Part shown: piece by piece, positions 26,090-52,385 of the stretch
Layout: each line of letters opens with the position of its first letter
Numbering within the stretch: the stretch's first letter is position 1
From: Ylistrum balloti
Lineage: Eukaryota
Direction of reading: 5' to 3'
DNA length: 64,000 bases
Assembly (NCBI RefSeq): GCF_031769215.1
Contig: NW_026782586.1
Location: forward strand, 62,001-126,000
Notes under the pieces: model-generated
Seen by the model: only the letters and a program-made list of their open reading frames with translations
Databases searched by the model: none
What the model was told of the DNA's origin: nothing
Program-made: the position numbers and the translations under genes

Positions 26090-26339
26090 CTTGCTAGCTT
26101 TCATTTTTTTTATATATAGTATTGTTGTTTGTTTTACCTAGAACTTTGCTGGTTTGCTATGATATATCTATGTTGAAACATGTCAGATCAAGACCAGCTA
26201 TCTTTACAAAAAGATATTGATGCTATCTCTGAGGAGATAAAGCAAATCGAATCTAGGAGAGTCTCTAGACCTGGGCAATGTCGACACTCGCACACCGCCC
26301 ATAAACGTTAGGGTACCGTATCGTGACTCGGGTATCGGT

Positions 26340-29300
26340 ATGCTGCGTTCAGAAAACACGAGTAGCTATAAGAAACTCGGGGCCAGACCGAAACACAGTT
26401 TTGATTTGCACACTACAGAACAAGGTCGTTTGTCTTCAGACATATTGGAGGAAAGTCGACTGACCTTGCCAGAGAGCCCCTACACCCCTTATACTGATTC
26501 AGACAGATACGCTAGTCCTTCTCAGCAAACACCTCCTGCAAACGTCACATATAGACGAAGCAAATTGCCACGCAATTCGTCATTGATGGAGGATCGTAGC
26601 AATCTACAATACTCTTCATCACTGGCTCGTGAAAAGTCTAGTTGTCACAATGCACGAGTTAACCCTGCAAAGTATGCCGGGACAGGTTCCTGGATTGACT
26701 ATCAAGCTCATTTTGAGGCTTGTGCAACTTTAAATAGGTGGACTCCTGAAGAAAAGGGATTAAACCTTGCCGTGGCGTTACGAGGACAAGCGCAAGGTGT
26801 GTTAGGTAACCTAAGGGGTCCTCTTGGTCAAAATTATGATATGCTGGTAAAGTCCTTGGAGGAGCGCTTTTCTCCGCCTAATCAAACAGAGCTTTATAGG
26901 ACACAGCTAAAAGAACGCCGACAAAGAGCTACTGAAACTCTCCCAGAACTGGCCCAAGATATACGCAGATTAACGAACTTGGCATATAACACGGTGCCTT
27001 CAGACGTCAAAGAAACCCTGGCTAAGGAGCAATTTCTTGATGCGCTTGTAGAATCTGATCTGCGAATAAGAACCAAGCAAGCCAGACCAGTAGATTTGAA
27101 CGATGTCCTTCGTCATGCTGTTGAGCTAGAAGCTTATCTTAACTCTGAAAAGAAGATAAGGGAGCAACAGGCTTTCGCCAGATCTATTGACTCTGGTATT
27201 GCGAAAAATGAGAAGGTTTCTGAGAACAAGGCGGCTGAAACAGTAGACCTGGTAGGAATTGAGAAGTTACTTTCTTCCATGCAGAAGTCAGTAAGTGAAC
27301 TTACCAAGGAGGTAAACGCAATGAAGCAAAACAGACGACAGAACCGATTTGCGCGGAGGAGCAATAGTCAGCCAACCGCACAACGATTTACGGACAGAAA
27401 ATGCTATGAATGTGGGTCTCCAAAGCATCTAAAACGTGACTGTCCTAACAAGAAAGGTCAAAGTACTAAGTCTAGACAGCAAGATGACAACGATCAGAAA
27501 CCCAAAGTTACTGTGAATCTGAATAACGTAAAGAAGGAATCTGGTGTGTTCCTTACTACAGAGGTTAATGGGTACCTAATCAGCCTTTTAGTGGATACTG
27601 GTGCTACCGTTAGCCTGTTGTCTGATGAAGTCTTTGACAAGCTTGGCGTAGGCAAACAGCCTGCACTGCAGCCATTGAAGTGTGATGTACTGTCAGCTTG
27701 CGGCTCCCCTCTGGAGATAAGAGGGAAGGCCAATTTTGAATTAGTTATTGGGAGTTTCCGTTGTGCTGAAGAGCTAATGGTTGCAAAGCTGAACATTGAC
27801 AGAGTACTTGGTCTTGACTTTCTGCGTAAGTATGGCTGCATTGTGAACATGACAGACGGTTCTCTTCAGATTGAGGAAAAGAAGCACGACATTAAATTTG
27901 AAGGCTTAAGTGGGTGCTACCGAGTTAGTGTGTCAAACAACTCTAAGATACCTCCACAAAGTGAAGCAGTTATTCACTGTACTGTAACCATTCCTGATGG
28001 AAAGACAGCACCTACAGGCCTCGGTATAATTGAACCTCTAGGTACGTTCCTGGAATCAGACAGAGGTGTAGTTGGGAAAACTCTGGTTACAGGTAGTAAC
28101 CAAGTACCGGTAAGATACATGAATCCCTCTTCTGAACCACAAACGTTGTATGCAGGAACGGCTATTGGACAATACACTGTGGTAAATCACGTCAAGGCTC
28201 TAAGTAGTGTAAAATGTAAGAAAGGAGAGTCTCTTCCATCACATCTATTGGAGTTGTTTGAGAGAAGTAAAGAGTCTCTCTTACCTCAGCAGACAAGTCA
28301 GGTTCGGGAATTGCTTCTAACGTACTCTCCATTATTCGCTGAAACTGATAAGGATCTTGGGCGAACTGACATTATCAGGCATAAAATTGATACAAGAGAC
28401 GCAAGACCGGTGAAGCAACCGTTGCGACGAATGCCTGCACCCATGGCCGACGAAGTTGACAAACAGGTAGATGACCTCTTGGAAAGAGATGTAATTCAGT
28501 CATCGACAAGTCCTTGGGCATCAGGTGTAGTGCTCGTTAAGAAGAAGGACGGAACGACACGATTTTGTGTCGACTATCGGCGACTAAATGCATTGACAGT
28601 GAAAGATGCGTATCCTTTACCGAGGATCGATCAGTCCTTGGATCAACTTGCTGGTTCTAAGTGGTTCTCCACTTTAGACCTCTGTTCGGGCTACTGGCAA
28701 GTTGAAGTAGATGAGAGCTCTCGGGAAAAGACTGCATTCTCCACAAGGAAGGGTTTGTTTGAGTTCAAATTAATGCCATTCGGGTTGTGCAATGCACCCG
28801 CTACATTTGAACGAGTCATGGAGACTATCCTTGCTGAACTACATTGGCAGACCTGTCTAATATATCTGGACGATATCATAGTGATGGGAAAATCATTCGA
28901 AGACATGATCAATAACCTGACACAGGTGTTTGACAAACTACTTTCAGCAGGTCTCAAATTAAAGGCCAGAAAATGTTGTTTGTTTGCTAAGCAGGTAGAA
29001 TTCCTTGGTCACATTGTGTCTGAGGAAGGATGCGCTACTGACCCAAAGAAGATTAAGACAGTCCACGAATGGCCTGAGCCAGTAACTGTCTCTGAAGTTA
29101 GATCCTTCCTCGGTCTTTGTAGCTATTATAGAAGATTCATAGAGTCATTTGCTGCAATTGCAAGACCTCTTCACAGACTGACCGAGAAGTCAAGAGCTTT
29201 TGTCTGGACCAAAGAATGTCAGGAGGCATTTTATGAGTTGAAGTGTAAACTGACAAATGCACCAATTCTCGCACATCCCAATTTTACGGACTTATTCATC

Positions 29301-31233
29301 CTGGACACTGACGCAAGCAACAGTTCAATTGGTGGAGTTTTATCTCAAATACAAGACGGGGTTGAACAACCAATAGCGTACGCAAGTAGAGCACTCACGA
29401 AAAGTGAACGAGCGTATTGTGTTACAAGAAAGGAACATCTTGCTGTTGTCTTCTTTACCAAATACTTCCGGAACTATTTGTACGGGAGACGGTTTCTGCT
29501 GCGTACTGATCATAGTTCGCTGCGATGGCTGACTAGCATGAAGGAGCCAGAAGGACAGTTAGCCCGCTGGCTAGAGGTCTTGTCTACGTATGACATGGAA
29601 ATCCAACATAGACCTGGAAGGCTCCATGGGAACGCTGATGCGTTAAGTAGGATGCCTTGTAAAACCCCAGATGTTCACCCAACAGGAATTTGTTGAAGCT
29701 ATTCAAACAGTGAAGCCGTCTAAGTTATCGATAGACAGTACTTACGAATCGGTGACTTTCAGCAAGCTGCAAAAAGAGGATCCTGATTTGTCAGAAGTAA
29801 TGCAAACAGTTGAAACTGGAACTCAACCAAGTTATGCGGAAATCAGCACAAATAATGCCTTTGCCAAATCACTGTACAATCCGTGGAGTTCTCTAGTAAT
29901 AGAGAATGGTGTGTTGTGTCGGAAATGGACCTGCACTGGGAACAAAGAGGCAAAGATCCAGGCCGTGGTTCCTAGTAAGGAACGGGTGAAGGTACTTCAG
30001 CAGTGTCACGACAGTCGAACAGCCGGTCATCTAGGGGTAACAAAAACTCTATCTAAGATAAGACAGAGTTACTACTGGCCGGGGATACAACAAGACGTCC
30101 AACGCTACATTGCCGGTTGTGATAAGTGTTGCCGTAGAAAGAATCCTCAAAAGACAAAGCGTGCTCCTATGCAACTGATACAGGTTGGGTATCCGATGGA
30201 ACGAATCGCGACAGACATCCTTGGCGAACTTCCGATGACAAGGCAAGGCAATCGGTATATTTTGGTTGTGTCCGACTACTACACCAGATGGACAGAAGCC
30301 TTCCCTATGCGCAACATGGAATCTGTTACAGTTGCAAAGCTCATAGTTGAGGAAATTGTAGCAAGGTATGGAGTACCAAATTCTAAACACTCCGACCAAG
30401 GAGGTCAGTTTGAAGGAAAATTCTTTACTGAGATGTGTCGACTTTTGGGTATCAACAAGACTCGCACGACACCGTACCACCCGCAATCGGACGGGATGGT
30501 CGAGCGTTTTAATAGATCACTCGCTACCATGCTGAGCGCTTACGTGAACGAGTCACACACAGACTGGGACGTGCAGCTTCCATATGTTATGATGGCCTAT
30601 CGGTCTGTCGAACATGAAAGCACGGGTTGCACACCGAACAGTCTGATGTTGGGCCGAGAGGTCAGCACTCCTCTTGATCTGATGTACGAGATGCCAGTCC
30701 CAATAAAAAGCATACCTCAAAATGACTGGGTGTGGGTCCTCCAAGAACGAATGGAAAAGACACACGCGCTTGTCCGAGAAAGCACACAAAATGCTATGCA
30801 ACGGCAGAAAAAGTATCACGATCGGAAATTGTACTGGCAATCATTTGAGCTAGGAGATCGAGTTTACGTATTCTTTCCGAGGAAAGAAGCCGGACAATCG
30901 CCGAAATTTGCATCGTATTGGAAAGGGCCATTCGATGTTATCGAGAAAATCAATGACGTGAACTACAAGGTCAATTGTGGCCAAAAGAATCAGCCACAAG
31001 TCATTCACGTTGACCGCATGCGCTTAAAGAAAAGCCAGCTACTATCCCATGAAAGATCAGACCTTGACGAACCTCTTTCTGATAAATATGAATGTTGCTC
31101 CGATACCGAGTCTGCAGAATCATTTAGTGATGCTACTGAAAGCGAGGACGAGCATGATTTTTGCATGGGTCGTCCAAAAAGACTTAAACGCAAACCATCA
31201 AAGTTCGGTGACTATGTCATGACCTTGTGCTAA
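26340..31233 (+). CDS. gag-pol polyprotein of element C (1118 aa + 520 aa; one frameshift near 29680)
   Basis: Gag PAKYAG...WIDYQAHFE; CCHC CYECGSPKHLKRDC; LVDTGA; YLDD; DTDAS; HDSRTAGH...CDKC; TDILG; HSDQG; VERFN; GPF motif. Confidence 0.92.
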
Positions 31234-31606
31234 AGCAATGGAACCGGAGCCCAAGTTGTCTGGTCCATCTGCTAAGCGGTTGTGCGATATAGGTGTACAG
31301 ACCGAGGGACCCTACACTTGTAAGAGAGTGATTAGAAAAATTGTCACATACAGAGATGGTGACAGGAAGGTAAAGGAGGTGGACGGACAGATTATCATAT
31401 AATATGTCCATACCTGCTGGGTGCAGAATTTGGGACACTATATCTTTCGTAAAACAGGATTATTGTTGACTGTATTTCATGATCAAGTTGTTGTTTTGTA
31501 TCGGTTGTTAAAAAAAATAATAATAATAAAAAAAGAAGAAAAAAATGAATGAAAATAATTTGTTAATGATCGTTATGCGGGACGCATAAGTCGGAGGCGT
31601 GGGTAA

Positions 31607-32478
31607 TGTAATGAAAATTGAAGTATAAGAGTTATGTCCCTTGAATATGACTTGTGTAATGGAAATTGAAGTATAAGATTTATGTCCCTTGAATATGATT
31701 ATAGCTAATTACATATTGGTTAATTTGGTCATCTAATGATTTTTGTCGATTAATACAAATGTTTATATTTATGTAGTAAGATATGGAAAGGTATTTTGTA
31801 CTATGTTAATAGTTTAGTATGCATCATTTATGGTAAATCAAATATCAACAATTGTCACACCTAATGAAAGAGTTTATTAGACATGTAAATAGAAATTACT
31901 TTGAATTATTGCGAGCGCTGTTATACTGACTGTTGGTAAAGCTTTCAGAGATACACAGACGACGAAAGACTTCTTACTAAGCAAGTAACGCAGTCATTTG
32001 CAACAGGTGGTGGGTGAAAGTCTGAAATAGTGGCTTTTCCGAAACCGCTTGTCAAGCTGGTGCGAGAGCTGTTTAGTTCTCACCGAAGCTTGGACTTTTG
32101 ACTGTGGGTAGCTAGCTATAGGGTGAGGTTAGAACCCGAGCTAGGAACACGAGCAAGGGTTGACTTAGTTGGTAGGACAACCTAGTGCTTAGTCAGGACC
32201 GACTAAGTGGTATTGCTCGGCGACTAGTTCAGTAGTTGGAACTAGGGTTAGGTGAAGTCACTGGGTGTCGAGCTTGCACTCACGCTCACATGCTAGTCAG
32301 AACAGTCTGTGTCGGGACAGCAGTCCATGTGAATACTAGTTCGTTCGTTAGTTTTATTGTTAACTCAGGTAGAGTTTGCTGTTCCACGCTATATGTATAT
32401 ATCGGCATTTGTTAGCTAGTATCTCTGCAAGGAATCAGAGACTTACCCACCGTGTGCAAAGCTAGGCTGCACGTTACA
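31607..32478 (+). repeat. 3' LTR of element C
   Basis: 872 bp repeat of 25231-26067; preceded by a 7-bp-stem hairpin TTATGCG-GGA-CGCATAA and the PPT. Confidence 0.95.
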
Positions 32479-32634
32479 CATGCAGTAATGTCATGCATCC
32501 GTAACCATTCCCGGCGGCTAATTTAGTGCACTAAAATATACTGTACAAAGAAATTCATATCCTACATGTATACGTGCGATATGTAACGTACAAGGCCCTA
32601 AATGGAATGTTTTTGAAATATATTTGTAGCTTTT

Positions 32635-34123
32635 GGAAGCGTATTCCGGCCTGATTGTGTTTTATTCTAACACGAAATATCGAGTGAGTAATCCGAGGAT
32701 AGCAACTCGAAATTTTGAGTTAGTAATCCAAAATTTTGAGTTAGTAAGTCAAAATTTCGAGTTACTATCTCGAAATTTCGGGTTCGACTTAGTAACTCAA
32801 AATTTCGGATTACTAACTCGGAATACAGCCATAACCCGGTCAAGTGGCGGTGAAATACCGTCCTTCGATATTAGGTGACCGAGAAAAATACATGATTCTT
32901 GAGCGAAGGAGCATTTCCTAGGACCTAGTTGTAACCATCAAGGTCTTCCAAGTGTTGTGAAACAGTAGATGATGCGATAAGAATATCATCCAAATAGCAC
33001 AGACAAGATTTAAAGGTACAGCCGCGGAGCACTTTGTCCATCAACAGCTGAAAGGTACTTGGAGCTGAGCTTAAACCCATCGGTAGTCTCTAGAACCTAT
33101 ATATACCATAGCATGTATTGAATGCTGTGAGTCTGGCGTTGTCCGAATCAATAGGCGTTTGGAAGATCCTGAAGAGAGATCGATCGAAGTGAAGTATTGA
33201 GGAGTTTTGTCAGAGAAGGATTCTGTCAGCGCATTGAGGTTGGGAATCTCATATTGAAATGTCTGGGTCTGTGAGTTTAAATAGCGGAAATCAGCACAGA
33301 ACCAGAACTCGGAAAGACTGGATTCCTTAGTAACTTGTAGGTTTGGATCTAGCCCTTTTCGAAACAAGAACAACAGGACTAGTGATCAGGATCTTTTCTG
33401 ATTCATCTACCTGAGAAATGATTCATTGGCGAAGATGTTCATCAAGTCCGAGAACTTCTCTTTTGTCTGGTGGTAATCGATAAGGCCGCTGATGTTTCGG
33501 TTTCGCATTGGGCTGTTGTGTGTTCGAATTCCGTAATAGGTTTCCCTGATAGAATCGTTTTAGATGTAGATGTAGAGTTCAAATTTTTGATAGGTACCAT
33601 ATTGTCATGGGATACAGTAACAAGTGTCTTGGCCACTAGAAGCTGACAATACCTGCTACTACAGCAATCACATTGAGAACCATAAAAGGACATCTCTAAG
33701 TTCGGAAGTGTTCCCCAAATCACTACCTCTGTATTTGCGGGAATAACAGTTCTTCGAGAACATTTCACGGTAGTAGTGCCAAATGTGCATGTCTGGTCAG
33801 AAAGGTTCAGAACAACTCCTTTATCCCGTAAATATTGAATCCCAAGAATAAGCGGGTGAGAGGTATGCGGTAGAATATGGACAGGTATGTTATGTATTGC
33901 TCCCTCTACACATATCTTGATACAAGCAGTTCCTGTAATAGATATTGTCTGATTATTTGCTAAAACAACAGTGTCATTCTCCAAATGGTGAAATCCAGAT
34001 TTGTGGTAATGGGGAATAGTTGCTATCTCGGAATTTCGGGTTAATATCTCAAAATTTCGGATAGTTGTTATCTCGAAATTTCGAGATAAATAAAACACAA
34101 CGTGGCCGGAATACGCTTCCGTA
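32635..34123. mobile_element. Non-autonomous TIR element (MITE-like) with ~21-bp internal repeats and a captured gypsy fragment
   Basis: Inverted termini GGAAGCGTATTCCGGCCnnnTTGTGTTTTATT (32635-32666 and 34089-34120); CGAAATTTCGAGTTA-type repeats at 32672-32823 and 34020-34087. Confidence 0.8.
32824..34019 (-). pseudogene. Inverted 1.2-kb copy of element A protease-RT region (uninterrupted allele)
   Basis: Reverse complement matches 829-878 joined to 20235-21365 with a single ACACT; ORF 33442-34098 reads through the BEL insertion site. Confidence 0.92.
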
Positions 34124-34768
34124 TAATAGTAATATCAACTTTATTTATTTTAAGTAAAAAGGCGAGTGATTTACCACTGCGCTACCAATCATCCACGTTT
34201 GCTACTTTACTAATGTAACGTAAATCTTTTAATGGTAATACATCGACTCATCATATCTTGGATTTTCTCTCTGCATTTACAGATGTCAGAGGTACACTAG
34301 AGTTGATTTATTCGGGTTTACCTGGAAATTTAGAACAGAATCCAAAATATGAGACATCTCGTCCAAAAAATTAATTATGTAAATAGCTTACATTATATAT
34401 ATCATTCCTCACTTTAAATTTTTTTTTATCTTTTTAGCTATTGCCATTACTTTCATTTTCACGTATTCATTCTAACTTTTTTCAAAACCCAAAAAGGTCG
34501 AATAAAAACGCGACGCGATGATCGTATTGTTTTGATTTTGTTTGTTTAACGATGATTGTACCAACTGCTTAAAAGTTAAATAGTCTACTTTCCCCTTGTA
34601 TTTCGCATTAGTGCCTCATTAAGTTAATGTACTTTATTATGGTCTTGCGAATACTAGTCGATTCACTTATAATTCTGTGCAAAACTGGATAAAGGGAGAT
34701 AATCTCTCTATAATCTGCCCTAGCGGCCGTTGGCGAATCAAGGGCAGTTAATTGTAATTATAACGAGA

Positions 34769-34777
34769 CGCCATTTT
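34769..34777 (+). promoter_or_regulatory. YY1-like motif near the U2AF2 start
   Basis: CGCCATTTT about 27 nt upstream of the ATG; motif match only. Confidence 0.3.
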
Positions 34778-34803
34778 GAACCGGTGCGTGTACTTACAAC
34801 AAG

Positions 34804-47809
<13,006 letters not shown>

Positions 47810-48182
47810 GCATTTAACACGGTTGTCCATTTGACATTTTACAATACAATATTGGTATTGAAATTCTCCATTATAGTATGCAGCCAGTGTTTTTGTCACA
47901 ATTATGTCAAATGTTGCATTTACCGTGAATCTAGGATCATATTTACATACTGTCCATTATGTTGTTTTCATCATATAAATATGAACATGTCATTTTCTTT
48001 CCACTTGAATTTACAGATGTTTAAATTCAGTGTTGAAAGGATGAATCTGTAGTCATGAAAAGTTAAACACATGAAAATCATTTTCACAATTACTGATAGA
48101 AATTTCTGGCTTAAAGATCATGGCAATTGTATATCTTAATAATGTGTTTTTCCGAGTCATCTTTATAACTGAAGAAAGATTG

Positions 48183-48188
48183 AATAAA
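48183..48188 (+). terminator. Candidate polyadenylation signal of U2AF2
   Basis: First AATAAA noted after the stop codon (about 375 nt downstream); others occur near 48.9 kb. Confidence 0.4.
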
Positions 48189-49510
48189 CTGTGGATTAAA
48201 GTTTTTTTTTTAAAGCTTGTCATTACTCATGTAGAAAGCATAGATAGATGTATCACATAATCTGTCATCTGTTCAACAATACCCATTGAAAATTGTTATC
48301 ATTACATAACCTAGCCCGGCTTGGAGTGGCTGAGGGTTTTCCATAGTGACATCATATACATGATATCCAATGTGACATCACTAAAGAGTGAGGATACTTC
48401 TAATTTAGAGTTTACATTGGTATGACATAATGCTGTTTTCAAGAATGTGAATGAGATATAATTTAGTTTTTAAATGCTCATCGGCAATGGTTGTAATATG
48501 GTATACATACATTGCACTGTCTGTCTGTCAGTACTTTAAAATATTCTTGTAAGCGCCCTCTTACCTTTATGTATAGACTGATTTTAATGAATCTTCTTGC
48601 AAATATTCCATCCCAGAATAGCTCAAACGAGTTGGCTTTAGAGATATTTTCAATCTTTTTAGCAGAATTATGTCCTTTATATTGGCAAATATAGTCATTT
48701 TGCAGAAAAGACAAGAACTTTTTTAAAGTGACATCACGGTAAAAACGTTAATTTCATCAGAAAAGAAATATCTTGATGGGATGACATTGCAGTTAGTTAA
48801 AATCAATTTTATTGCACACAAGACAAATTGATTGGACAAATGTTATTACCAACTTACTTGCTTCCTTTCCGTAACAAATAAATACATACAAAATAAATTT
48901 ACCTTGTAATAGTCTAAGATTAATTTATATGAGGGACAATTCAGTCTTGGTTATGAAATTATGACACAAAAACAAAATTTTCAAACACATATTTCAAAAT
49001 GAATGCTAACATGTTTAAAAGAAATAACCTTTGTCCTTTTGTGTCATGATATTCAGAAGATAGTTTCACAAGAGGTTTTCAAGAAAATAGGAGTAAAAAT
49101 AATTTCCCAGAATTTGTTGTGTTCATAACATGGTGTCTTTAGAAGCTTTTTTTAACATTAAGAACTTGTGTACATGTTCAGATGACTTGATGTGTTTGTT
49201 CTTGTATATAAATATTACTCTCAATCAAAATAGTGACCTCAACACATTGAGAGCAATTTTATAGTAAACTATAATTGGACACCGTTACGACCTCAACATA
49301 TGCAAATAAAGTTATTTTTATCACATTTTGAAAATTACTTGAAACGTGGATATTTTATCTCTGAAGAATGTTGTGATTTTCAATAAGACAATAACTGTTT
49401 TGAAAATACATACCCTAGGAAACCTTATAAAGCGTACATTGGTTCATTTGTTGGGTAGTAACACGGACACCAAGTTACAACTCGGACATACCACGGATAG
49501 AGTTTATTTA

Positions 49511-50360
49511 GATATCACGAACCAGATTGATATACTGGGAGTTACCACGAATCCGGTTAATATTTATACTGGGAGATACCACGAACCAGGTTAATATTTA
49601 TACTGGGAGATACCACGAACCAGGTTAATATTTATACTGGGAGTTACCACGAACCAGGTTGATATTTATACTGGGAGATACCACGAACCAGGTTGATATT
49701 TATACTGGGAGATACCACGAACCAGGTTGATATTTATACTGGGAGATACCACGAACCAGGTTGATATTTATACTGGGAGATACCACGAACCAGGTTAATA
49801 TTTATACTGGGAGATACCACGAACCAGGTTGATATTTATACTGGGAGATACCACGAACCAGGTTAATATTTATACTGGGAGGTACCACGAACCAGGTTAA
49901 TATTTATACTGAGAGATATCACGAACCAGGTTAATATTTATACTGGGAGATACCACGAACCATGTTAATATTTTTACTGAGAGATACCACGAACCAGGTT
50001 AATATTTATATTGGGAGATACCACGAATCCGGTTAATATTTATACTGGGAGATACCACGAACCAGGTTAATATTTTTACTGAGAGATACCACGAACCAGG
50101 TTAATATTTATACTGGGAGATACCACGAACCAGGTTAATATTTATACTGGGAGATACCACGAACCATGTTGATATTTATACTGGGAGATACCATGAACCA
50201 GGTTAATATTTATACTGGCAGATACCACGAACCAGGTTGATATTAATACTGGGAGATACCACGAACCATGTTGATATTTATACTGGGAGATACCACGAAC
50301 CAGATTAATATTTATACTGGGAGATACCACGAACCAGGTTAATATTTATACTGGGAGTTA
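49511..50360. repeat. 34-bp minisatellite, about 25 copies
   Basis: Unit GGGAGATACCACGAACCAGGTTAATATTTATACT in head-to-tail tandem with no spacers. Confidence 0.95.
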
Positions 50361-50519
50361 GCCAGGATTTCCTTATTGTTGAAAGTCAGTATCAAAACAT
50401 AGTTTTTATAACCAACAATTTTCTCCATTTCACCATTTTGCAATAAATTGATTATATAAAGACTCGAAACACGCGAAAGCATCACGGATAAAAAGTAAAT
50501 GGTTCATGTAACGGGAAAG

Positions 50520-50656
50520 CGATAGCAAGCTAACTCGTAATAATGGGATAGCTTAAGTCGTATTAACGAGATAACATAAGTCGTAATAACGAGATAACTT
50601 AACTCGTAATAACGAGAACATTTTTATTTTTCATGTAGAACTAACCGACGTTCGTA
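50520..50656. mobile_element. MITE end fragment
   Basis: TCGTAATAACGAGATAA-type short repeats ending ...CGTTCGTA, similar in style to the right end of 32635-34123. Confidence 0.4.
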
Positions 50657-50911
50657 GATGTACCTGTTCATGGTAAGAAAATAAGTATATATTCATGCTC
50701 TCTGCCGGTGTGAAATTTCCTAGTCTCGCCTTAGGTTCAAACAGTTTTATAACTATGACGTCAAGCAAACAATGTGAATCACCGAGACAATAAAAGATAC
50801 CTCCGTCAGGAAGGCCGCCAGGATGAGAAAAAAATTACCCCCTTGTTGGTGAGTATATGATCTGAACCTTCGGGAAAAATCGAGTGTTGCAAACACTCGG
50901 CAAACGTCGTG

Positions 50912-51351
50912 TGATGCAACTCTTAAGGTAATAACGGCGTTTAATGTAATACGTATTACAATAAGCGTTGCAACGGCTACGCTTAATGTAATAAAGTTAT
51001 TTGTATTACATTAAGCGGGGCAAGTGTTGCGTTTAATGTGGCTAAAATGCCAGTTACCTCACTTTTTGTATGCATACACATTATGATGATCCCCGTCAGC
51101 CGTGTCATATCAAAGACGGGAACATACACCATTATAGTATATTATTGCAATATTGTCTTGTAATCGACACGCAGTGTAATTTAAATACGACCACAACGCT
51201 TAGTGTAATACTTTATTTTGTATTAATCTCAGTGTAACAATTGCAACTCTTAATGTAATAAGGACAAGTTTATTACATTAAGCGTAACGGTCGCAACGCT
51301 TAATGTAACAATTATTACATTATCGCCGTTATTACATTAAGAGTTGCGTCA
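50912..51351. mobile_element. 440-bp MITE with 28-bp TIRs and a 6-bp TSD
   Basis: TGATGCAACTCTTAAGGTAATAACGGCG versus the reverse complement of the right end (26/28 match); TSD GTCGTG (50906-50911 and 51352-51357); internal TTAATGTAAT repeats. Confidence 0.85.
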
Positions 51352-52385
51352 GTCGTGATTGCCAATTACATCATCTTCCTTCTATCTCACTCCCGATTGA
51401 TGAAATATTATATTAATCAATATATTCATTAACGTTAATTGCTAGAATGGATTTGCAGTGGTTTATTCTTAACTCCTTCCCGTTTATTTATCACATTTAC
51501 AGAAACTAGCGTGTGTTTCAGCGGGGCATGGACGTTTTCAGGATTCCGAGGCATGAAATAAAAGTGAACCCATGCATACTGTTTTAAGTATGAATAGCCA
51601 ATCGTGGTGTTTAAAAACAAGGAAGTATCCCATGATATAATCGCTGAATACATAGCAAAGGCACTGAATGTATAGACAAATTAAAGCATGCACACGATAA
51701 CCATGCATAACATCCGTGACAGCTCTCTTCCAGAATAAAATGAAATACAATGAGACTGATTCTCAAGGTCGACGGCTGTATGACAGCTCTTTAGGGGAAG
51801 ATTGTTTTTTTTTATTGATACGTGAGTGTTATGTTTTACATCCCTTCATTCTAAAAGACTTAGCTTAGTATCTTGTTTCTTAATATTGTATTTATTAGAT
51901 TATTAAATGGAAGTTATCGCCATTAGAACTCTTTTAAAATGAAGGTGCTTTTAGACATGTGATTGTGGCAACGTTGTAAACAATGAAGCATGGGCTTGAC
52001 GGCAAATGTCAAACTACATGTTCATATCTTTTTATTGCTGTCTTGTTGATATATCCTTATTTCTTATATTTATTTATATTACATTTGCAAATTCGTTCTG
52101 TATTATATTTCAAAATATGTTGTAAAACGTACACGTATGTGTAATTATATTTATCCTCCAAAACACCGTCCTTTTGAGACGTTTGAATACTGTTTAGAAC
52201 TCGTTTTCTATGTATACGGTTCATTCTCCATGTCATTTGTTTAAGATGTATGTGTGTACAGCGTTTTTTTATTTGCTATAACATATCTTGTGATCTTCTG
52301 GGTATTTTGCAGTACATATCAAGATTATTTTGTAGTGACATACAGAGTTAACTCCCCTGAATTATTCAACTCGTAGAAAAGAAAA

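Larger units (their letters stand above)
25231..32478 (+). mobile_element. Ty3/gypsy LTR retrotransposon C, near intact
   Basis: LTRs 25231-26067 and 31607-32478 (TGTAAT...GTTACA); tRNA-Leu PBS; PPT GGAGGCGTGGGTAA; gag-pol with one frameshift. No TSD found. Confidence 0.95.

Noticed and set aside
13044-31193. Numerous 60-145-aa ORFs antisense to BEL and gypsy-C pol
   Set aside because: Shadow frames opposite long coding regions with no independent evidence.
49511-50360. 34-bp repeat array as a CRISPR
   Set aside because: Units are contiguous with no unique spacers, there are no cas genes, and the context is eukaryotic with introns.
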